Virus record (IMG/VR): IMGVR_UViG_3300046710_000151
Span: 1-64,000 of that record
From: a virus
Lineage: Duplodnaviria > Caudoviricetes
Length of the DNA stretch: 64,000 nucleotides
Reading direction: 5' to 3' (one strand)
Shown one piece after another: positions 57,019 to 64,000 of the stretch; the stretch's first letter is position 1, and each line of letters begins with the position of its first letter. The notes beneath the pieces were generated by a model, which was given only the letters and a program-made list of their open reading frames with translations, searched no databases and was not told where the DNA came from. Made by a program: the position numbers and the translations under genes.

Positions 57019-57843
57019 ATGCAAACAACCCTAACGACCGCAATCTCATTTCTGCTGCTCTCCGCCGCGATTCTGCTCTGCATTTCGCCTGAGGCCAAGC
57101 ACTGGGCGGCAGAGGTCCTTCATCGCTTGGACGTTTTCCTATGCTCAGAGTTGGAAGCAAGGGCCAAAGCGCAAACGGCAGCGCGTTCCGCGTGGGATCG
57201 CGTCTACCGTGAGCAACGGGGCGCGTGTCCCTGGAACACGGCGGCTCCTTCGTCACACCTAATGGATGGCCTCGCGGCGGTGGATTATGCGCGCGCCGGC
57301 ACCGCTGGCGGGGTGCCGGATGAAAGGTTGGTTTATGACCGGCGGGACGCGCCTCCGGAGGCAGGGCTGTGAAGACCGACCCGCGCACTGGCCACCGCTA
57401 CGCGAAAGGTGCATTCGATGCCGAACAAGGTTGATAGCCTGCTCCTGCTGGCCGATGCTCCGGTTCCAATGGAAACTATCCTGGGATGGAGCGTAGGGCA
57501 ACTTCGGGCGGCGGGGGATTGGGCCTTGCGAACGTATCTGCGCGCGGCGGACAACGCGCATGTGCGTGTGCCAGTGAAGCCAGCGCATGTGATCGCGGGA
57601 CAGGTGAAGTAGAAAATGCCGAAGGAAGTGTTGAGTTCTGAGGAACGGTACGTCATGCGGATTACGTTCAAGGTGGCCATGATTCGTGCGGCCGAGATCG
57701 TGGAAAGCATCACTGCTGGCGACGTTCTGGACATGCAAGCGCGGCTTTTGGCCAAAGGTATAAGTTTGGAGAACGTAGCGAAGCTTGACCGCGCAATGCT
57801 TGGGGCAACCCATTTGCGGGCCATTGCAGCGGACTTGGAGTAG
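57019..57843 (+). CDS. Three short hypothetical ORFs (57019-57372, 57409-57612, 57616-57843)
   Basis: Co-oriented and tightly spaced. Confidence 0.5.
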
Positions 57844-57846
57844 AAC

Positions 57847-58071
57847 ATGCCGACCCTGGTCAAAGCCGATGAGCGGCACTATACACCCAAGGAAATCGCG
57901 CAGATTTTGCGCCTTGATCCCAAGTCGGTCCGGGATCTGTTTCGAAAAGAGGAAGGCGTGGTGCGTATCGGGAATCCAGACAGCACATTCCGGAAGAGAG
58001 CGCATACCACGCTGAGGATTCCAGAGAGCGTGTTTGAGCGGGTGCATAGAAGGATGAGTGTGAAGGGGTAA
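57847..58071 (+). CDS. Excisionase-like winged HTH protein
   Basis: HYTPKEIAQILRLDPKSVRDLFRKEEGVVRIG; about 0.8 kb from the integrase. Confidence 0.7.
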   Translation: MPTLVKADERHYTPKEIAQILRLDPKSVRDLFRKEEGVVRIGNPDSTFRKRAHTTLRIPESVFERVHRRMSVKG

Positions 58072-58075
58072 AGGC

Positions 58076-58327
58076 ATGGACGAACTGAATCCGAACCATC
58101 CGGTGACGCGCGAACTCCGTGAGCAGTGGTACAAGTTGTGCGCCATCCTCCTGTGGAAGTCTGGAGCCACTGAAGTCCAGATCACCAGCGACGATATTGA
58201 CGGGTTTATGAAAAGCGGCCTGGCCAATATCACGATGCACCCAAAAGACGACGTAATCACGCTGGGGCTGGTGAGTGATGCGGAAACCGTGCGGTTGTCG
58301 CGCAAGGAAGGGGGATTGCCAATATGA
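58076..58327 (+). CDS. Hypothetical protein
   Basis: ELNPNHPVTRELREQWYKLCAILLWK. Confidence 0.65.
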   Translation: MDELNPNHPVTRELREQWYKLCAILLWKSGATEVQITSDDIDGFMKSGLANITMHPKDDVITLGLVSDAETVRLSRKEGGLPI

Positions 58328-58872
58328 GTGAGAAGGCCGAAGGCTTTTTGGAAGTTGGCCTGAATGAGCAAGGCGAGATCGTGGTGAACCATCCTGATCT
58401 GAAGCCTGACTCCAACGGCGTGGGGCATATCGTGTTCTCCTCCGTGCAGGCACGCGAACTGGCCCGTTTACTGCTCAAGCACGCAACGCAATCCGAAAGG
58501 GAGGCAATGGAACGTATCTCAGTGGAACGGTACAAGGCGGCTGAGGCGATTCCCGTGGATCGTGATTGCCGCGTGTTGACCGACGGCTCGCCGGTCACCG
58601 AAGACCACCGCGAGATAAACCCCGCCACCGGCCAGCAAAAAGGCTACGTGGTGCTCTGCGAGGCGGAACGTCGTAAGGGATTCGTACGGCCGGTTCGCAG
58701 AGCATACCTACACAAGACTTGCGGCTCAGTCACGACAATGGGCCTGACATTGGCGGAAACCTACGCTCGCGATCCGACGTTCTACAGCGGCACGTTCTGC
58801 TGCGCGTGTAGGGCTCACTTCCCGCTCGATCAATTCGTGTGGGAAAGGACCAATGAACTAGTAGGCTCCTAG
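58324..58872 (+). CDS. Phage protein with a C-terminal Cys/His zinc-binding domain
   Basis: GFVRPVRRAYLHKTCGSVTTMG...TFCCACRAHFPLDQFVW. Confidence 0.7.
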   Translation: MSEKAEGFLEVGLNEQGEIVVNHPDLKPDSNGVGHIVFSSVQARELARLLLKHATQSEREAMERISVERYKAAEAIPVDRDCRVLTDGSPVTEDHREINPATGQQKGYVVLCEAERRKGFVRPVRRAYLHKTCGSVTTMGLTLAETYARDPTFYSGTFCCACRAHFPLDQFVWERTNELVGS

Positions 58873-58879
58873 AAGCCCG

Positions 58880-60043
58880 TTATCGATGCCACATCCCCAT
58901 CACCTCGCGTATGAGCATATCGGCTCTGCTTCGGACCCACGGCGCATAATGCTGCTCGGTAGTCTTGATCGAACTGTGCCCCAAGAGCATCTGCACGGTT
59001 TCGAGCGACCGCCCGGCTTCCAACAGCCGCACGGCGAAGGTATCGCGGAATCGATGGGCGTGGATGTTAAAAACGCCGGAAAGCGTGGAGAGCGGGCACA
59101 GGTACGAAGAATAGAAGCCGTTGGCGATAGACCGCGCATCGGTCTGGTACCGGGAAGCGACGGGAGGAATGAACGCGCCAGCCTCGCTCAATCGCGGTGC
59201 CTGCCGGATGACTTCGGCTACATCGGGCGGCAAGGGGCACATCACCCACTCCCCGGTCTTGGTCTGGTAGGTCTCATAGACCGCCACGCCATGGCCGCCG
59301 AGCGTGAGCGTTCGGATCTTGCGCGGCTCAAACAGCACGGCATCGCTGGCGCGCAGGCCGGTCCATCGCAAGACCAGCAGCAGAGCACGGGCGGTTTCGG
59401 GATGGGCACTCCACAAGCCACCGAAATGCCGGCGGTTGCCAAACTGCTCAGCCGTGGCGAAGATCCTGGCTTCCTCTTCGATCGTGAACGGCAAGGTCGG
59501 CTCCCGGTTGTCACTGGGTTTCAGCAGTCCCGAGGCCGGATTGTCACCGATCCATTTCCGGGTAAGGCAGAATTTGAAGAAGGAACGTGCCAAGTCGATG
59601 CGGCTCCGGTGCGTCGTGCTGGCATAATCCCAGGTGCTCACCCACTTGTCCAGGAGTCCGAGATTCAATTCGGAGAGGTACTGGAGACCGGCATGGGCGC
59701 ACCAGGCAGCGAGAGAGGCCGTCATGGCGCCGTGGACCTGGCGTACCGTGCGCGGCTGGCGCTTGGCGGCCAACAAGGCGTTTTTCCAGGCATCGAGGGC
59801 GCTGGCGATTTCAACGCGCGGGACTTCGGGCGTACCCAGTTCGATAGCGCGTTTCAGGTGCTCGGCAACCTGCCAGCTTGTGGTGTTCAGCGAATGCCGA
59901 TGGTAGGCGCCGTGGGGATCGAGGCCGATCAACCAGACCGGGCAGCCGCAACGCCGATGTGTGCGGAGCTCGCCCGTGGTCATGCCCTTGGCGCGCAGCT
60001 TCTTTTCGCAGATTCTAAGGTGACGGCAGTAGAGGGAGAGCAT
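58880..60043 (-). CDS. int: Tyrosine recombinase / phage integrase
   Basis: LRWTGLRASDA (R), KTG (K), HAHRFRDTFA (HxxR), LGHSSIKTTEQHY (H/Y); N-terminal LYCRHLRIC...CGCPVW. Confidence 0.95.
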   Translation of the reverse strand: MLSLYCRHLRICEKKLRAKGMTTGELRTHRRCGCPVWLIGLDPHGAYHRHSLNTTSWQVAEHLKRAIELGTPEVPRVEIASALDAWKNALLAAKRQPRTVRQVHGAMTASLAAWCAHAGLQYLSELNLGLLDKWVSTWDYASTTHRSRIDLARSFFKFCLTRKWIGDNPASGLLKPSDNREPTLPFTIEEEARIFATAEQFGNRRHFGGLWSAHPETARALLLVLRWTGLRASDAVLFEPRKIRTLTLGGHGVAVYETYQTKTGEWVMCPLPPDVAEVIRQAPRLSEAGAFIPPVASRYQTDARSIANGFYSSYLCPLSTLSGVFNIHAHRFRDTFAVRLLEAGRSLETVQMLLGHSSIKTTEQHYAPWVRSRADMLIREVMGMWHR

Positions 60044-60047
60044 GGGG

Positions 60048-60509
60048 ATGATTAGGGCAATTAGCTTATGGCAGCCTTGGGCCACTCTGTGGCTCTTGCG
60101 TAATCCGGATGAGAAAATCTACGAGACGCGGCACTGGTATACCGGGTACCGCGGTGAGTTGGTTGTACACGCGGCAAAGAAAAGCGATGGCGAGGTACGG
60201 GCGGCTCTGAGCGATCCGTACATGCTGGAGCGGCTTGCTGCGCATGACATCGAGCATGTCACAGATCTGGCCTTCGGCGCCCTGATTGGCCGGGTGCGCT
60301 TGGTCGGCTGTTGCCAGATGTCTCTGATTCCGGAACCTAGCGAGCGAGAGCGACTGGTAGGTTGCTGGGAGCCGGAGCGATATGCCTGGGAGCGCGGGGC
60401 ACTCACCACAATTTTTTCGCGGCCCATTCCATGGAAGGGCTCGCAGGGGTTCTTTGACGTACCAGCACTCACGGAAGGCGTGGCGGCAATAGAGGGAGAG
60501 CATCAGTGA
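60048..60509 (+). CDS. ASCH domain protein
   Basis: AISLWQPWA, KIYETRHW, YRGELVVHAAK, GALIGRVRLVGC, IPWKGSQGFF. Confidence 0.9.
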   Translation: MIRAISLWQPWATLWLLRNPDEKIYETRHWYTGYRGELVVHAAKKSDGEVRAALSDPYMLERLAAHDIEHVTDLAFGALIGRVRLVGCCQMSLIPEPSERERLVGCWEPERYAWERGALTTIFSRPIPWKGSQGFFDVPALTEGVAAIEGEHQ

Positions 60510-61078
60510 CGCCTCGTATGGATAGCCGTTTGATGCAAGCGCGTTTCACATTGGATGAAGCGCAGCGCGCTGGCGATGAATGGGGTCTGAACTGCGGTCC
60601 TGCGGCCATCGCTGCAATGACCGGCTTGACGCTGGAGCAAGTACGTCCGCACCTTGGAGACTTCGAGCGGAAGCGCTATACGAATCCGACTTTGATGTGG
60701 GAGATTCTGCGCAGCATCGGCGTGCGCTGGCACTGCGGAGCCGCGCAGCATAGCAGTGAGAATCAGGGCATGTTGGCGTGGCCGGAATTTGGTCTGGCCC
60801 GTGTGCAGTGGGAGGGGCCATGGACTGCCCCTGGAGTTCCGATGCGCGTCCGGTATCGGCATACGCACTGGGTTGGGTCGATGAAGGTAGACGGCGAAGA
60901 GCAGAACATCTTCGACGTGAACTGCATGTGCGTTGGCGGCTGGGTGCCGCTGTCTGAATGGGCCGGCAGCGTCGTCCCCTGGATTTTGGAGCAGTGCGAG
61001 CCGAAGGCCAGCGGCAGATGGCACCTGACGCATTCGGTCGAATTGGAAAAGTTTTGCGACATACCACATGAACAGTAA
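60506..61078 (+). CDS. Hypothetical protein, possibly C39-peptidase-like
   Basis: NCGPAAIAAMTG and HTHWV motifs. Confidence 0.55.
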   Translation: MTPRMDSRLMQARFTLDEAQRAGDEWGLNCGPAAIAAMTGLTLEQVRPHLGDFERKRYTNPTLMWEILRSIGVRWHCGAAQHSSENQGMLAWPEFGLARVQWEGPWTAPGVPMRVRYRHTHWVGSMKVDGEEQNIFDVNCMCVGGWVPLSEWAGSVVPWILEQCEPKASGRWHLTHSVELEKFCDIPHEQ

Positions 61079-61354
61079 CAGTCGGGCTACGAGGCGAAAA
61101 CCGCAGGTTCGGTGTGCTTCCCCACGAGGCGATGGGATGGGGACTCCAGCGTGGTACCGCGCTGGCCGGAATGCTTCAGGCATACGGAGATTATGCTTAA
61201 GATCGTCAATTTGCGGCGGGCTATCGTACATCGGTGTAAATGGCTGTGAAAATAAGCACGCAGTACAGGCCGAAAGCAAGGGGCGGGATGGTGCGTTGCT
61301 GCATCCTGAACGTGGATTCCGCCCCTCGGTCTGCGCGGTTGTGGGAGAGTCCTT

Positions 61355-61681
61355 GTGACCCGAGTGGTGAATCGCCGCCGCGAACCGTTCGACGTGTACA
61401 TCGGCCGGCCCGGACCGTGGGGTAATCCCTTCAGCCATAAGCCAGGGACGTTGGCTCAATTCCAGGTGGCAAATCGCGCGGAGGCCATCGATCGGTTCCG
61501 CGAATGGTTTCTGGCCCAGCCGCAATTGGTAGAGCGTGCAAGGCACGAGCTGAAAGACAGGGTGCTCGGCTGCTGGTGCAAGCCGGCGACGTGTCACGGC
61601 GACGTGATCGCGGAGATCATCGACGGAACTGAAAAGCCCGCTCATGGTACGCAGGAATCGCTATTCGAGGTAACTACTTGA
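61355..61681 (+). CDS. DUF4326 protein
   Basis: DVYIGRPGPWGNPF...ELKDRVLGCWCKPATCHGDVIAEI. Confidence 0.88.
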   Translation: MTRVVNRRREPFDVYIGRPGPWGNPFSHKPGTLAQFQVANRAEAIDRFREWFLAQPQLVERARHELKDRVLGCWCKPATCHGDVIAEIIDGTEKPAHGTQESLFEVTT

Positions 61682-61847
61682 TAACACTACCAATTGCCTC
61701 ACCCATCGACATACGCATTATACCTACCTGCACTCCAGGGCCTCGTTTCGTTTCACAAAGAAACAGGGCAGCAGATGGGAATGAAGAGAAAAAGGGCACT
61801 AAAGCACGGGTCGGCGTACGCTCACAGCCCGTCAAAACGGAGGCTTC

Positions 61848-63924
61848 GTGAGCCTGTTCTCGGACCATATAAACAAAGTTGTCGCCGACCTCGGGCCACT
61901 CGCCTGCGATGAGGTGGCGAAAGCCCTGATCCGGGAGCGCGTCATGGAAGCGCGGCACATAGCGGAACGGATTCGCACGAAGGGGGGCCATCTTCCGGCG
62001 TTGGCGGCGATGGTCGATCAGTTGGAGGATCGGGCCAGCCACCTGGACAAGATTGCAAACAACTGGCCGGAGAAGACCGGAGCGAAACGATGAAGACGCC
62101 AACGATGTCCATTCTTCGCCGCCTATTCCCGCAGGCCCCGGAGATCGGCAGCACTGCCATGATCTATCTCGGTGTGGGAAAGACGGCCGGGAGGATTCAC
62201 CACACGGTAGTGGCCGGCCCGGACGACATCGCCCGGCCGTGCGTCGTGCTTGGCTACACGATCCGCATTGGAGACAACGGACCAGCCAGGCAGGCTGGGG
62301 TCTTGGTGACGGTACGGTTACTGAATCGCTGCCGGCTGATACCAGACAAGATCCACATGGCATACGCGGATTGCCTTCAGGTGGCAAGCGATGAAGACGC
62401 CGCCCGAAACCATCCCTCGTGGCTGAAACTTCCAATTGGAAGGTTATCAGCCGCAAACAACGGAGCCTAACACCTGATGCCCGATCCTAAAATCCGATTC
62501 ACTCCCAAAGATCACCGCGAAGCGCGCAAGCTCGGCATCTCGCTCGAAGATCCGCTCGACGGGCACCAGCCCGCGGTCGAGCGCCTCTACAATACGCTGA
62601 CGACCGCCTACCAGCGTCTCGACGATGAGTGCGCGCACGTTCACCGGGCGCACCGCGACGTGTGCCGGAAACTGGATGAGACGCGCGCCCAGGTCAGGTG
62701 GCTGATTTGCGTGCTAATTGTGCTGCTGGGGCTTGCGCTCGGCGAAGCATGGGTGATCGGCAGATGAGAGATCCAATCACAGCAATTGCGGCGACCGCCG
62801 CACGCCGGATCTGCGGCATGTTCGGGACGATGGATTACTACCGTGATGACATCGCGGCGCAGGTGGCTATGGCTGTTTCGGAGGGATTGCCTCGATTGCT
62901 AAGAGAGCAAACAGCAGGCAGCGCTTGCGGGTATCCAGCCGCACTGGAAGAGATGCGGAAGGACGGGGAGCGGCTGGCGCGGCTGACAACCTTACATCCT
63001 GCGGCGGATTGGCACGAGGATTTCGGAGCAGTGCTTTGGTGGCATCTGCCAATTTGTGAGCCCCCATCGGTCGGATGCGGCGAGGGGATGAACGAAACGG
63101 ACCGGCACGGGAAGCCTACCTCATGCGCCCTAGGTCAGCGTTCCGGCTGGCTTACTCATTGGTCGAGGATTCCTATAGGTGGTGAGAAGGAAGGAGGTGA
63201 TGCCCCGGTGCCAGAACGCAAACCTAGTGCAGAGGCGGCAGCGAGAGCCGAATGGGGTGATATGGTGCCAACCGAGCAGCAAGGTGCCGGGGCCTACGCG
63301 TTTCTCGCCGGTCGGGGTGCGCGCACCGACCTCAAGCGTCTGATCGACCATCCGCACCCTCGCGAAAGTCAGGAAGCGAACGATTGGGAAGATGGATGGA
63401 AATCGAAGCACTACGAAATGCTGCGTCCTCCCACGACGCCAGAGAAGCAGCAAGGTGTCGGGGCTGTCGATCTCTCCAGCGACCCCGACACGCCGCATTG
63501 GGTAGCGAGAGAGGAACTGATAGGCACGGCGCCAGTAGCGCAATTCATGGGCCTGCCATTCTCCACCTTTACTCAATTGGTCTGCCAACTCCGTGCCAAT
63601 CTGGCAGCCGCCAACCAGCGCATTGAGGGATGGCAACTTGAAGCTGCGACGCTCCGCGCTGACCTGGAAGCCGCAGCCACCAGACTGGCTGTCGTGAAAG
63701 CAGAGGCACTAATTGAGATCACGATGGCTAACCGGCGCGCGGAGAAGGCGGAGGCCTATCTACAGAAGGCGCTGTTGATGTTGGAACGGGCAGCAAAGGC
63801 GCTACGTTTTGCAAGCGAGCCAGAGGCGCGTATGGTTCACTTCTACGACATTGCAGCCGAGATTGATGACTTACGTGCCGCCGCCCTGCTGGCGAAGCAC
63901 CCGGAGGCGAAGCGTGAAGGCTGA
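61848..63924 (+). CDS. Four hypothetical ORFs (61848-62093, 62090-62470, 62477-62767, 62764-63924)
   Basis: Overlap-coupled; the last is a mosaic with WHEDFGAVLWW and a C-terminal coiled coil. Confidence 0.55.
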
Positions 63925-64000
63925 AAAGGTCTACGGTGTTGCCGACAAGGCCTGGCAGTGCGTGGTGGGTTGCGACCCGCACATGCAGTGCGCACCTCGC

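Noticed and set aside
58886-60055. 389-aa plus-strand ORF opposite the integrase
   Set aside because: Antisense shadow of a gene with a complete tyrosine-recombinase motif set

Overview
The whole 64 kb is one GC-rich temperate tailed-phage genome (or prophage) and no host housekeeping gene is visible. The Cys/His-rich N-terminus of the integrase hints at an Acidobacteria-like host, which is an inference. Nt 1-8.7 kb is a lambda-like packaging/head module (terminase, gpW, portal, S49 protease/scaffold, decoration, gpE-like capsid). Nt 8.8-14.3 kb is a seven-gene glycosylation-type cassette. Nt 14.3-36 kb holds beta-helix/fibre proteins and a long non-contractile tail module, with a -1 frameshift chaperone, a tape measure and a tail tip. 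Nt 36-42 kb carries secreted, membrane and regulatory ORFs, and nt 42-64 kb carries early and accessory genes including RHH-like regulators, DUF2303, ParB-like, excisionase-like, tyrosine integrase, ASCH and DUF4326. The strongest candidate novel system is at 52.2-54.5 kb. It comprises a compact (~389 aa) TnpB/Cas12f-fold protein that has lost its RuvC catalytic acids and zinc finger, an upstream structured RNA with anti-repeat complementarity, a 107-aa partner ORF, and an 11-repeat CRISPR-like array in which only the 3' 14 nt are invariant, with no cas1/cas2. Other notable items are two type I hammerhead-ribozyme folds that bracket one ORF and sequester Shine-Dalgarno sequences, two portal-fragment mimic ORFs, a 17-bp inverted repeat at the tail-tip start codon, and a genome-wide pattern of cassettes inserted with duplicated gene ends. 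All protein calls come from motif recognition by eye; no searches were run.
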